A DNA stretch of 63,617 nucleotides, filler included, from Asterionella formosa (lineage: Eukaryota): assembly GCA_002256025.1 (NCBI GenBank). It is 20 parts of 20 records of this genome, joined end to end, with 100 filler letters (N's around TTAATTAATTAA, not from the genome) between each part and the next. Parts side by side here need not be neighbours in the genome. Positions count along the whole stretch, not along the records: positions 1 to 19,801 come from NKIB01003524.1; 19 more parts are not named here. The stretch is one strand, 5' to 3'. The notes beneath the pieces were generated by a model. It did not search any database. It had not been told where the DNA came from and saw nothing but the letters and a program-made list of their open reading frames with translations. Position 1 is the first letter of the stretch. Each line of letters starts with the position of its first letter. This document shows positions 1-12,622 of this stretch, piece by piece. Position numbers and translations under genes: made by a program.

Positions 1-251
1 ATATGTAAGGAGTTTACCGGTAGACTATCGGTGTACTGAAAATGGAAATAAAATACACTAGCGGCATTTCCCTTTGGCATGAAATTCATACCCTATTGAT
101 GGTGCTTCGATGATGGCTGACACGATTCGGCGCCTAATGAGATACGTCATGCACAGAATAGCCATTGCCAACTTGTGACATCTTAGTAATACCACCAAAA
201 ACGAAAAGGAATAAATACAGATTGCTCAGTGATGAATGTAAAGCCTCACAG

Positions 252-1607
252 CTAAAGGGTGTACATATACTCGGGATTGCGATCTAATGGAAAAGGAGCC
301 ACGTCAACATCAAAGGGGACTCCTGTAGGTTCTTCAATGGATCCAGGGACAAAAGTGAAGAAGCCTCGCATGGGTCCATCACAATCGTTTTGTACCATGC
401 TTTGATAAGCGAAAACGCCTTGCTCAACAGCTCCGACAACAATTTGGGCTGCAGACATCCCAGAATCATCGCGATAGGTGCCCTCGCTGAGCAATGGGTA
501 TTTTCCAATGAGTCCATCTCCATCTACATTGTCTGGACGCCCCCCTCTTGTCAACCTCCAATGGCGAGTCTTGAGTTGACACGTTTCAAAGCCTCGGTTT
601 GTGTCATATTCATCATCAGTCGGTACCAATAACCTAATGCGTATCGAGTAAGCAAATATGGAATCAGAAGGACTCCATATTGATGACGCGACTACTTCAA
701 CTCCACGGGTCACTGCCCGACTTGTGTGCGGAGGGAGCTGTGGGTAATGGGATATAACTTGTATTGACCCGAATTGTTGTCCAAGTGAACCCACCTGATA
801 TTCTCCTTGTTCGAGTCTCCTGCAATATTCTTCCAACCAACATAATACACTTTCGAACCCTAATGGCGGGCAAGGATTCCGTAATGGATGACTTATATTC
901 CCAGTCAGTGGGTCTAACGCATACGATGTGCCATCCTTAGGACAGCATGTTGCAAGGGTTACGTGAGTACTCTTACGTCCCGGTCGGCTCAACATAGACA
1001 TTCTTACAAGAGAATATGCAGACCATCCTCCAAGGAGACCATATTGAGGGAGAGTATTATCATCATCTTGCCCAGAATAAAAGGCGTAAACAGCTTGAAT
1101 GGCGTCCAAACCTGCTAAATTCTGAAAGTGCGGTGGCCATTCATATGACGTCTCTCCATCACGTAACGTTAACATAATATTTCTTCCAAAGCTTCCATGT
1201 CTCATGCACCAGTGTTCCATCGTTTCCCAGAATACAGCGGCGCGGAGAAAGAAGGAGGCATTGATATTTCTGGAGTTCCCACTTGCCCCCCAAAACCGCT
1301 CGTTCGCTCGTTTCCATTGTTTCCAGCATTCAAATGGTGATGCTTGACTAACTACCGAATTTCTGCCACTAGTCCCAAAAATCGATGGGCCGCGGTCCCA
1401 GGGTTCAACTCGGAGAGTCCTCGTGGCATCGTCAAGCCCAAAATCAACAACAAGAAAATGTGCCCAGAGCAACTCAGAGTCTTCATCAATCAGCTCCTTT
1501 GATCTAGAACTAACACGACGAAGCGACAACGCATCCTGTGAATCCAGATAGGGGAGGACAATAAGGAAAGAGAACGAAGGAATATCAAGTACTCCGGAGA
1601 TAGCCAT
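252..1607 (-). CDS. F-box protein with C-terminal ApaG domain (SKIP16/FBXO3-like)
   Basis: N-terminal F-box-like segment (LDIPSFSFLIVLPYLDSQDALSLRRVS) and ApaG motifs (SRAVTRGVEVVAS, FAYSIRIRL, CQLKTRHWRL, VDGDGLIGKYPLL, F.VAPFPL). First ATG is at 1607; the ORF-track start at 1640 is non-ATG. Confidence 0.85.
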   Translation of the reverse strand: MAISGVLDIPSFSFLIVLPYLDSQDALSLRRVSSRSKELIDEDSELLWAHFLVVDFGLDDATRTLRVEPWDRGPSIFGTSGRNSVVSQASPFECWKQWKRANERFWGASGNSRNINASFFLRAAVFWETMEHWCMRHGSFGRNIMLTLRDGETSYEWPPHFQNLAGLDAIQAVYAFYSGQDDDNTLPQYGLLGGWSAYSLVRMSMLSRPGRKSTHVTLATCCPKDGTSYALDPLTGNISHPLRNPCPPLGFESVLCWLEEYCRRLEQGEYQVGSLGQQFGSIQVISHYPQLPPHTSRAVTRGVEVVASSIWSPSDSIFAYSIRIRLLVPTDDEYDTNRGFETCQLKTRHWRLTRGGRPDNVDGDGLIGKYPLLSEGTYRDDSGMSAAQIVVGAVEQGVFAYQSMVQNDCDGPMRGFFTFVPGSIEEPTGVPFDVDVAPFPLDRNPEYMYTL

Positions 1608-2097
1608 GATGAAGTTGATGAAGGAGCAGAGGAGTGACAAAACGTTGGAAGAAACGGACGAGTGGCATTATTGGTTACCGGGTATTTGCCTTGATTTTGA
1701 TATTCCTACGATGGAACCCAAGCCTACATATACCGGTATTTAAAGTATTCTTATTCACTACCGTGTCTACGGTACTTCACCCTCACGCTAGATGACCGGT
1801 AGAATACCGTATTACCTAGACTACTACTATTATGGCTGAAAGTGTATGAAGCAGTGGTTCTTATAAGTTTACCGGTGTGCATATGGTCAGTTTGTAGCAC
1901 CGCTGCATTGTACCCCAAGCGACTTCCTTTCTTGCGTCCTGCTACCTGGTACCAGTACCAGGTATACCATGGAGCAACCGCCATGGACCAAACACAAAAC
2001 ACACGAATCGTTTGCAGCAAGATTGAATTGACAATAATTGAGCAGTCTATCGGTTTATATCGCTTTCCCATTGTCTTTGATTTGCTCCTTCATCGCC

Positions 2098-4789
2098 ATG
2101 AATGCAACCCTCGATGATACTCCGACATTGGGGACCAGCAGTGATTCAATCGTTTTTGGTTTTTCTCCCATCATTCAGGTCTCTCACGACATGAGAAAAG
2201 GACGCATCGCGTCTATTTACCCAATATCTGTCCTTCAGCTCGATGGATCTTCAACACAGCTAGTTCCGGCGCCGTTTCAAATTTCCTCCGAAATCGCAGG
2301 CTACATTGCGATGAGAGAATTCAATCAACGTTCCGGAAAAATTCTCCCGGAGCTTCCACAGCTCATTGGAACGTGCAATCTCCAACTGGACACAAGGATG
2401 TATGACTCCACGCAGTCACCCATAGTGTCGGCACTGGCAATGGATCGGGCTATCAGAGTGAACCCTTCTGTTCTGACTCCTTTTCCAATGGCAGTTATTG
2501 GGTCGTTGAGATCGGCTGTCACGGGGCAGATGGCCATTTTGTCAGGGGCATTAGGGATTCCACAAATCTCGCCAGGATCCACCTCTGCGGAGCTAGACAA
2601 CAAGGATATATACCCATATTTCGGAAGAACGATTCCATCGAATCTAGGAGATGCATACGTTCTTGTCAGTTACTTGATTTCTATAAAAGTCAATTATGTT
2701 GGAATAATTTACGTTCAGGACCCGTACGGCGTGGAGTTCGTGGGAGATATACAAGGGTTTATCAACGTCAAGAATTCGCCGCTGAAAGTAGCAGCTTTCT
2801 CGTATGATCCGAATAACGAAGACTCCATCAAAATTGCGGTGAAGAAGTTAGCCGATACAAATTTCAGGTACTTCTTTGGGGCTCTGTCGCGCAATGCCAT
2901 TACCGTTGTCTTGAAAGAAGCACAAACGTTGGGCATTATTGGGACATCCGAATATGCCTGGATTTTATCAGAGACTTCTTTCAGCTTTACATCTCCTACT
3001 TTCTCGGTTGCGGATAAAGTCCTCTATGAGGCCATCGACGGGATTGGAATCATCAACCTTAATGTTCCTCAGCACCCTGCTTTTACACAAGCCATCAACG
3101 ACTTTGCAGGTGACCAAGAACTACAAGGTGACTACATACTAAGGCACGACAACACCGAAATTCTCAATTCCTATAACCTTTCGGCGCATACAACTGTGGC
3201 ATTAAGTGAACAGCAACTGTACTTCGATGCAGTTATTTCTCTGGGCTTAGCTGCTTGCAATGTCAGTACCGAATATGGCCCCTTTTTTTCTGGACCGCAG
3301 TTGTACAATGAGTGGCTGCGTACCGAATTTCTTGGAGTTTCTGGGAAAGTGCAATTTGATCCTCTTACTGGCACCCGAACTGACGGTGTGGAGTATGGAA
3401 TTTTCAACATAGTGGCAGATCCAGAAACATCGAAGTCTGGGGATTTTCGATTCAGCAGCAAATTGTCGATCTCGGTAACACGTTTTGGGAAAATTCGAAC
3501 ACGTCGCCATGATGCTTATTTTCTCAACGATTCACGAATAGAAGTTATTTCTCCCTTTGTCTATGCAGATGGATCTACTGTTCAACCTGAGGGACTGCCT
3601 CCTCTCAAAGAAAACATGAACTTGATAAGTACAGGGATCCTTACAATTGGATTGTTATTGGCGGCATTTGTTATCCTTTCATCTGTATGGTGGATATTTT
3701 TTACCTGCAGGTACAAGGACCGACCTTCAGTGAGAGCAGCACAGCCCTTTTTCCTTCATATGAATGTTGTTGGTACCTTTATCATGGGTGCCTCAATTAT
3801 ACCAACTGCCATGCAATATCCTGTTTCACAGAGTGGTCTGGATTTCGCATGCATGGCGTACGAATGGTTGTTTTCCATTGGATTCGTCACTAGGTATGTT
3901 GTGGTTGGCTTTATCCGAATGCAAGAGTCAATTTAACTCTAACAATTCGAATTCCAGTTTCAGCGCAATCTACTGTAAAGCTCGCAGACTGAATCGATTG
4001 ATGAAAAGTGCGAAGCAGTGCCGACGTGTCATAGTCAAGCCTAAAGACGTTCTCGTGCCGTTTTTCATTCTCATGACATTGAACTTAGTTGTGCTTATCA
4101 CTTGGTCAACCATTGATCCATTGGTATCCACTCGTATCTATACTGGAAATAGTGTAGATGAATTCGGAAGGTTAACAGAGAGTATTGCTACATGTGCAAG
4201 CCAAAGCAAAACACTGGAGTATACATTTCAGGCCTTCTGGTACTTGAATTTTTTCTGTGCTGTTATTGTTGCCAATTACGAGACCTATCAAGGCAGGAAC
4301 CATCCAACCGAGTTCAATGACAGCAAATATGTTGCGATTTCCATGGCGCTATTGTTGGAAGCCATTGTTGTTTCGTTGCCTGCACTTTTATTAGTGAAAC
4401 AATGGCCATCTGCCTTCTTCCTGATCAGAGCTCTTTTCGTTGCTGTATGTGCAATTGCATTATCCTTCCCTCTTTTTCTTCAAAAGTATCGAACTCGAAA
4501 CAAGAAGAGAGTGAAAGAGGCATCTTCAAGAATTGTGATGAACGCAAGCAACAGCAACGATTTAAACTCATTACCCACAGCTACGATGAACGATGTCAAG
4601 GCAGTCAAGGAAGGAATCAAAGTAGCAGTTTCGTCGGTCTGCAGCGTCAGAGTTGATATTGTCACCAAACCAAATGTAGTTGCTTCACGGTTGATGAATA
4701 CATTTTCCAATGGGACAATGTCTGATGCTCGAAATCCATCGTCGGTGGAATCGGATGTGGCCATGGAACCAAATAGATCAAGAACCTAA
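2098..4789 (+). CDS. Class C (GABA-B-like) G protein-coupled receptor: Venus-flytrap/ANF-receptor ectodomain plus 7TM; one intron 3894-3957
   Basis: Ectodomain motifs AVIGSLRSAVT, GIPQISPGSTSAELDNKDIYPYFGRTIP and FLGVSGKVQFD. TM region begins VRAAQPFFL. A 64-bp intron (AG|GTATGT...TTCCAG) joins the two ORFs in frame as FSIGFVTSFSAIYCKARRLN. TM5-7 follow (PTEFNDSKYVAISM). The 5' end is uncertain. Confidence 0.85.
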
Positions 4790-5028
4790 TGCCATTCTTT
4801 TGGGTTGGCTGACAAGAGAGATAGCGGTATCTCAATCGCTAGATCGGAAAGATTTGGTTTAGCAACCGCAGTGTAATAATAAGGAACAAAAGTCTGTTGT
4901 ACATTTATGTCGTCGCTTTGCGATACATCCTAGCAATCACAGTAAAGATAAAACATGGCCAAGTCTCCATTATACTTTGACAATAAAAACAAGGTGTCTT
5001 TGCTCAGCCACGTCGCCTTACCCAAAAC

Positions 5029-6576
5029 CTAACGAAACGTCACTTTCATCGGCATACCACCGTCGGGTCGCTGCATAAAGCCGGACCGTCTTGGTTTGAC
5101 CACCATGTAGGGATCTATTGAGAAGGAAATATCCTTGACCAATGACGCCAACACTAATGTAGCTTCCATTAAGGCAAATCTTGAGCCGGCACAAGATCGA
5201 GCGCCAGCTGAAAAAGCAAGGAACGCGTTCCTATTTGCAGGGGCAATTACGCCAGCTTGAACACCTCCCTCGCTCCGTTCCTCCCACAACCCCTCTCCTC
5301 TCATGGTTGCCCATCTTTCAGGAAGAAATTCATCGGGAGACGGAAAGTACTCGGCGTTGCGTTGAATAGCCCAAATTGGAATGAAAACAAACGTGCCAGC
5401 TTCAGCAACGAAGCCACCCTCCAGGGTCAAATCTTTGGTAAGAGTCCTGGAAGTGGCAGTGGCGGGAGGGAAGAGGCGGAGCGTTTCCAAAATAACGGCA
5501 TTGCAGTAGACCAATTCTTCGGGTTTAGGTGACGTAGAGGCAAAGACTCGTTGAATCTCCTTTAGGCACTCCTCTTCGGCCTTTGGATATTTGGCTAAAT
5601 TGTATAACGCGTAAGTGAGAGTGATGGAGGTGCTGTCGTATCCTGCAAATAAGAGACTCATGAGAATGTCTGTCAGCGTTTCACTTGACACGGCTTCAGT
5701 AGCATTGTTCGACAAATCTGAGTGCGCTTGTAACAAGTATGTCAATAGATCCGTTGGAGGATTTGTCGACATGTCCCGTCGCTCTGCGACAATATCTTGA
5801 ATAAAATCTCGAATCAATGCACGTTGCCGGTTATGCATACGATTGACTTTGGTAGGAATCCAATAAAAGGTACTTGCCAATCCTAAGGGCGACTGCAAGC
5901 GCCTATTGAACTCAACACCCAAAAAATCAAAGGCTTTGGCAATCGCGGATGGTTTAAGCGTAGCACAACAGTGCAAATCTCTTGATAATGATGTCCAGCC
6001 AAATACATCCATTGTAACCATTTTCATCAAGGGCTCCACGTCTACAACAGCCCCATCCAAGGGTCGAAGGGATGCTACCAGCACTTGTGAGGTCTCCACA
6101 ACCTCTTTTTGTGTCTGTTGGACGACGCTGGGTGAAAATGCTCTCAAAATGGCCGCCCTATGGTACTTCCATTCCTTTCCCATCAACTGGGTAATATTGT
6201 TGGCTCCTAAAAAGCGGGCCATGTGCCTTGCCATATGAGAAACAGGAGCTCGATAGTGGCTGGCATGCAAGATGGCTTTGGCGTCGAGAACATTCGTTAC
6301 GGCAATGGCTGGCTCAAAAGCCATCCAAAATCCTGTTTGGCCATGCTCGTTAGCGTATTTAATAGACAACGTCGTGAGTGACGTTTCAAAGCAAGGTTCT
6401 CCCAGCAGGGCGACGTGGCCAATAACCCAGTGCCACAGTGGAGGAGATGACAGTTGAGGGAAGGGTTTGGTGCTTTCTCGTTGACGTTTGAAGCGCAGAA
6501 GGAAGAGGTAGAGTGATGCTACGGCGGTTGCAAGGATTCCGATAGCAATAGAAGTGAAGGAGGGAGGACCGATCAT
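5029..6576 (-). CDS. Cytochrome P450
   Basis: N-terminal membrane anchor, I-helix AGYDST, ExxR (ETLR), PERW and heme motif FSAGARSCAG. Confidence 0.95.
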   Translation of the reverse strand: MIGPPSFTSIAIGILATAVASLYLFLLRFKRQRESTKPFPQLSSPPLWHWVIGHVALLGEPCFETSLTTLSIKYANEHGQTGFWMAFEPAIAVTNVLDAKAILHASHYRAPVSHMARHMARFLGANNITQLMGKEWKYHRAAILRAFSPSVVQQTQKEVVETSQVLVASLRPLDGAVVDVEPLMKMVTMDVFGWTSLSRDLHCCATLKPSAIAKAFDFLGVEFNRRLQSPLGLASTFYWIPTKVNRMHNRQRALIRDFIQDIVAERRDMSTNPPTDLLTYLLQAHSDLSNNATEAVSSETLTDILMSLLFAGYDSTSITLTYALYNLAKYPKAEEECLKEIQRVFASTSPKPEELVYCNAVILETLRLFPPATATSRTLTKDLTLEGGFVAEAGTFVFIPIWAIQRNAEYFPSPDEFLPERWATMRGEGLWEERSEGGVQAGVIAPANRNAFLAFSAGARSCAGSRFALMEATLVLASLVKDISFSIDPYMVVKPRRSGFMQRPDGGMPMKVTFR

Positions 6577-7319
6577 TGCCTTGCGTTGCGTAATGTGCGT
6601 CGTGCTGTGAGTTCGAAGGGGAACTGTCCTGAGCAGAAGGAGGTGTGACCTTCAGATTTGACTGGAACTTTGCTACGATACTCCCACTGTGGACTCAGCA
6701 AGCAAAAAGGAAGAAGTGAGTTTGTACCAGTACTATTCTTCACCTTGCCAATTATTGTGTATTTGCTTGCTTGTTCTTAGCTATGATGATATCATGACAT
6801 TGAGGAAATGTCGGAGCCATCGTATAACCAGTACTGGTACCGACCGGTATATGGGTATACACGACATGCTGATACCTTTTACCGGTAGGGTTATGAACCA
6901 GGTTTCCAGGGCGCATGCATGGATTCATACCGGGCAGCCAACAGCTACCTGGCTGGTACCTGGTATGAACAGACAGCAGTAAAACCAACAGGGTATGGAA
7001 TTAATAATATAGCACGCACACATTAGTAGAATTAAACATTTGGTAAAAGTTTTTCTCTGTGTCCGGCAACGATTGGGTTTGTCGTGATTTGCAAAGCAGT
7101 TGTTTATATCGTGATCCTTTTTTCCCTGCAGAACTCTCTATTGCAACTTTTGTTGGACACAGGGTGTTTGGTAAACCGGAGATTCTGGCACCACCAGTAC
7201 TCGGTTGTTCAACATACATATGTATTGGTCATTCATATTTCCACCATACTGTGTCTGTTCACTATTGAATGACTTTGCTTACCTGGGGCACATTGTAATA
7301 TTTCTCTGCTACCCCTAAT

Positions 7320-7545
7320 CATGTGCGGCTTGCTCCGAGTTACCAATCCATGTAAACAAGAATATACTGGTACATATAGAAAAAATAAATATTGGCAATA
7401 CTTTTTTACAAAAAAAGTTATTGGGCTTTTTCGATTTTCGCTTTTTGCTTTTGGCTATCTCAAACAAAATGCAGATGCATGAGGAACCATTTTTCTTTGA
7501 ACTATCAATTCTCAACATACATACAATGTAGAACAATGGCAACTT
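7320..7545 (+). repeat. Dispersed non-coding repeat, similar to ~18170-18360
   Basis: Shared blocks such as TTTGCTTTTG..ATCTCAA.CAAAATGCAGATGCATGAG and GTAGAACAATGGCAACT at both sites. Confidence 0.6.
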
Positions 7546-8191
7546 GCCTTTTATTTGTCTGGCTGGCATATTGTGCTGCTCAAAATATTCCAGACATACT
7601 GGGGCACCACAACTGAGTGCCAATGCTATTTATTGACATTGCAAAAATAATACCTCCAAGTTATTTGATATCCTTAACAATCATGTGTGCCAACCATTTT
7701 CTCACTGTTTTACTCATCTCCAGCTGAACAGGTAATGCTCACAATCATAGCTAGGCAAGCAAAGTGCTGTGTTTGAGGAATTAAAATTGGTTCATGATGG
7801 GGGATTGCTTAGTTGGTTAGCATGCCTTCACAGGTGGTGGGTTTGATTTGTGAATTCTCAACCTTCCTTTCTTTTTCATCTAGTCCCTAAGTGTCTGGGA
7901 ATGTGGCTAATGAACAAGAAGGACAGGTCATGTTGTACCATTTAGATGAATAAAAATGGTGCTGATCCCTGGGTTCCAACACCCAAAGTCACCATGTTTG
8001 TTGGGATGATATTGAGGTAACAAGTTAGTAGTACATGAACATCACGAAAAGCAATGCCAGGAAACGCTACCACGTGGTCTGCCCTTGTTCTAGCAAATGA
8101 GTAGTCTTAAAGTGCGTCATAGTACTATAAGCTAAGTTAATTTTTTTGAAATTGGTTCATGTCTTACTAGTATGTGCGTAGTACCATGACC

Positions 8192-8272
8192 TTTATTGTC
8201 CTGGACCCCCCAATGTACACTGCTGTGACTGAATTTGACTGATTTTACTTTAGGGGGTCCAGGACAATGAAA
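8192..8272. repeat. Inverted repeat (16-bp perfect arms), probable transposon terminal/subterminal motif
   Basis: ATTGTCCTGGACCCCC ... GGGGGTCCAGGACAAT. The same motif recurs at ~8793-8809 and 50306-50325. Confidence 0.6.
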
Positions 8273-10693
8273 AGATTTCCCTAATACTAGACCTAAGTAA
8301 ATTTCATAAGTTCTACAGGATAGCACACATTTTTCTAAGATATATTAATATGACAGTTATTTCCGTGTTGTAAAAAATGAGAGAGTTCTTCACCTTGCAA
8401 GAAAAACGCGACTTCATGTTGTTAGTATCGTTATCAATGTTATTACTTTACATCTTTTACGATTTTATTTTCCATGTCGTTCTTAATACAGGTAGAAAGT
8501 AGCAAGGCGTCGTTCTCTATTTTCGTGGAGATAATTCGTATTTTTGTCATGGTCAAGGTTGCGACAATATGATGAAGTATTCTCCAGCTGCTAACAGCCA
8601 CTAGCTACTACCTGTCTTCTCTTGTGTTTTGTATGTACAAAAGAATCGCAACATGATGGCTAAATAATTATATACTAGTGCCTACAAGGACCAAAAGAAT
8701 TATAGCACGTTACATTCACTATGACAAGAAAATGATTGGGTGTTTGGTTCCACTTCGAGAAAAATGTACAGGGGAGCAACCATAGGGGGGGAGGTTCCAG
8801 GACAATGAAGTATATGGTAAGTCCTTCCACTTTCTTGGACTTGATCAAGAATTCTTGTCTGTAAATTATTTCTCACCTATCATCATTATTCAGTTCATTT
8901 CAGGAGTGCTTCAGAAGCACCATCTCTGTATCAGTCTTCGTACTTTCGAGTAATTGAAGGATCGGTGAATTGTTGAGTGATTGGAAAGGAAAAAGCCAGC
9001 TCCAGCCAAAATCAGTGTTGCAGGTGCAAAGCTTCCGCTTGGAACAAGGGAAGGACTAGATACAGCTAATGCAAGCACAGTTGGCAAAGGATGGATCGAA
9101 TATTGAAGGTGTGTCACTTTGTGAGACCGGCTACAATTCAGTGTTTGTTTCATCTAAAAATTCGTACCAGTACGCTTCTGCTGGAGGAGTGATAAATCGA
9201 TTCAGGAAGTTTTTTACCACCAATCATGACATTGGGGTTAATGAATCTTTCTTCAACAAATTTGTTAGGAAAGTTGCCATATCCAGGAAATATTAGCCGA
9301 ACAAGTGGATAAGTGGAAGCGATAGTAAAGAGATCGCATTTTCAATGAGGAAGCCCTCCTTGGCGACAGTAGTTGCAATGGATTGATTCATGAATCTCCT
9401 ACAAAGCCGATTATTTGTACAGCCGCCAGAAAAAAGCTAGTCAAATACGATCACCCAAATGTGAGAAGCAGAAAATCAGAAAGAGTTACAGTGACATCAA
9501 AATGACCATGCAGAGGCAACCTTCATCATTGCGGTTTTCCTTAATTTCGGCATGTTTTTTCAATTATGTGGCGCAAGTATGATAATAATTAGACTAGAAT
9601 ACCGGTCTATAATTAATTAATTAAATATGGGCGCGGTGAATTGGGCTCATTTCCTAATACAATCTACCAGACTCCTGTGAAACAAACACGCAAAAAATAC
9701 TGGTGCGGCGGTCTGCAGTGTTGTGCAAGTGTACAATGAGGACCTCCAATTTTCACCACCCTTCAACTACCAGCCAGGAATAGGTACATAAGGACAAAAA
9801 GTATGACTGGATTCTTGCTCGAGGTACCCTTTGTTCGTAAGCACTAGCTAGTACCACATGATGGTAAATTATTATTTCGCTGCGATACTGGCTGCGATAC
9901 TTTTGTCTATACAAAATGCTAGAGTGTAGTCGTTGTGATCATCTGGAGAAATTTTCCTGCATCGTATTGTTTCAGCCTTGACCATGACGAAAATAGGGGA
10001 AATCCCTACGAAAATTGAGAACGATGCTTTCCTATTTGGTACACTTATCAAGCACAACATAGAAAATACAATAGTAAAAGATTTATTTTTATAACAATAA
10101 GAACATTAGCAACGAAAATTTAAGTCGCCAACGGCAAATTTTTTCTACATAATCTATATTGCAGCTGCAAAATTCAAAACGACAATGATACGAGAAAATT
10201 TGTAGACACTTTCACAGTAGCTGAAGAATGAATAAGACCACGACTATAACAATAACATAAGGTATTTATCAACTGAAAATTGATTGATTGTACTACCGGA
10301 AATTTGTGTAATCGTGGATGCAGGTATCGGCGCCAACAAATGCAATTGCTGTTCTTTGGCAGTTGACATCAAGGAAAAATGTGATAGTGGAAATAATAGA
10401 AATTGATTTTAAACTAGGGACTCTTTATTTAATTATGTTAGTGGGCCACAGCGCCTTGCTTTCTCACACGCACAGCCAACCCATCTGGAAAATATGACGT
10501 GGTCCTATGTAATTCCTGAATTAGGAATTGACAGTAAATAATAACGGCCGGCACTTGCAACCGCCCCAGCAATACGTATTGCCACGCACATCGCCATCAA
10601 TATCATAGAGGTTTATGATGTTTATTTACTCCATTCCAGCGATCTCATCAGCCAGCCAACGAATCTTTGTAACAAACATTACAAGCGCTGACC

Positions 10694-12145
10694 ATGTTGT
10701 CCTCCTTTTCCTTTCGTACGTTGACAGCTGTCTCTAGATTCAGTGCTAGAAGTCGCTTCCATGCATCTGCGTTCAACGAAGCGAAACTGAGCGTGCAGGG
10801 GCTGGCCGATCTTGTGGATTTAAAGGGACAAAATGTTCTGGTGCGGGTCGATTTAAATGTCCCCCTCGACAAAGCGGTACGTCCTCCTGCGTCGATGCTA
10901 CTCTTGATTTGAAGATTGAGATTACGGAACATGAGATACGCACAATCGGCCGCTGCCGGTCGATGTTTTACCCAGCACTAACCTTTGATCAAACGTAACA
11001 CATTTTCCCGCCCACAGGACGACGTTACTGTCACCGACGACACTCGCCTCAGAGCCATTGTCCCCACTGCCAAGTTTCTATTGGACAAGGGCGCCAATGT
11101 CATTCTATGCTCCCACTTCGGTCGTCCCAAGGGAGAAATTATTGAAACCGGCAAGAACGGACGTCTCAACCCCGTCGTCCCTCGGTTGACTGAGCTTCTA
11201 GGCCGTCCTGTCGTCAAGGTCAACGACTGCATGGGTCCCGAAGTGGAAGCGGCCGCCCAGAAATTGACATCCGGAGACGTTCTTCTCTTGGAAAACACTC
11301 GCTTCTACGCTGGAGAAACCAAGAACGACCCTGTCTTGGCGGCCGGTCTGGGCAAGCTGGCTGACTACTTTGTCATGGACGCGTTCGGGACTGCACACCG
11401 GGCGCACTCCAGCACTGCAGGAGTTGCCGATCACATGAAATATGCCGCAGCTGGATTTCTGATGGAAAAGGAACTTGTCTACCTAAAGGGTGCTGTCGAT
11501 AATCCTACGCGTCCAATGATGGCCATTATTGGTGGTGCCAAGGTCAGCACCAAGCTTCCAGTCATTGAATCCTTGTTGGAAAAGTGCGATACTATTTTGT
11601 TGGGAGGAGGGATGATTTTCACCTTTTACAAGGCTTTGGGATATGGCATTGGAGCTAGTTTGGTGGAAGATGATATGGTGGAACTTGCAGGTGAACTCAT
11701 GAAGAAGGCGAAAGACAAGGGTGTCAAGCTCCTGTTGCCAACAGATGTTGTCGTGGCTGACAAATTTTCCAATGACGCCAATACAGCCATTGCCAAAATA
11801 TCCGAAATTTCTGGGGATTGGATGGGACTTGACATTGGACCTGATTCCATTGCAGCCTTTAGCCATGAAATCTCGCTTGCCAACACAATTGTCTTTAATG
11901 GACCCATGGGAGTCTTTGAAATGCCCAACTTTGCTGCAGGCACGTTGGAAATTAGTAAAGCGTTGGCAAAGGCGACACAAGAACGAGGTGCCACCACCAT
12001 TGTGGGTGGAGGAGACTCCGTAGCAGCTGTCAATCAAGCGGGACTTGGGGATTTAGTTTCCCATATTTCGACTGGTGGTGGGGCGTCCTTGGAGTTGCTG
12101 GAAGGTAAGGAACTACCTGGGGTGACGGCATTGACGGAGGTGTAA
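10694..12145 (+). CDS. PGK: Phosphoglycerate kinase with predicted mitochondrial presequence; intron 10877-11017
   Basis: [50 protein letters not shown] and [15 protein letters not shown]. The intron GTACGT...CCACAG joins VPLDKA to DDVTVTDD in frame. The N-terminus is Arg/Ser-rich with no acidic residues before E29. Confidence 0.95.
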
Positions 12146-12622
12146 AATTCAGTGAACGCGCGTTTGAAGACCAGAGAAAATATTTGGTAGCCGCAGGCAA
12201 AATTGATCCATTAAACAAATTTTGGGATTAGTTTTATTTCTGAAAGAATCGATTATAAATAGTTACATAGAGGCAGGAGCGAGCAATGGAGTAATTTCCA
12301 CTCCTTCTGCTTCGTTTTCGCTAGCGAAGTTACGGGTCCCAACACAAGATCTAGGATTTACTTATACATGAGAAGAGTTTGAACGTGTGCACGATACCGA
12401 AGGACCTGTATGACACTGTGTAACAACGAATCCATCATTTTGACATCGCCCCATAAATGAAATGAACTCGCAAACGCTCATCCTTACAATTGAACAATGA
12501 AATATGAACTAAAAGACAGATACAAAGTTGACGCCTATCCATCAAATATGATGCACTCGTTGGCATAGAACAATTGCACCTGTAGTATTCATTTTCGAGG
12601 CACTGATAAAATATCCTTCTAA

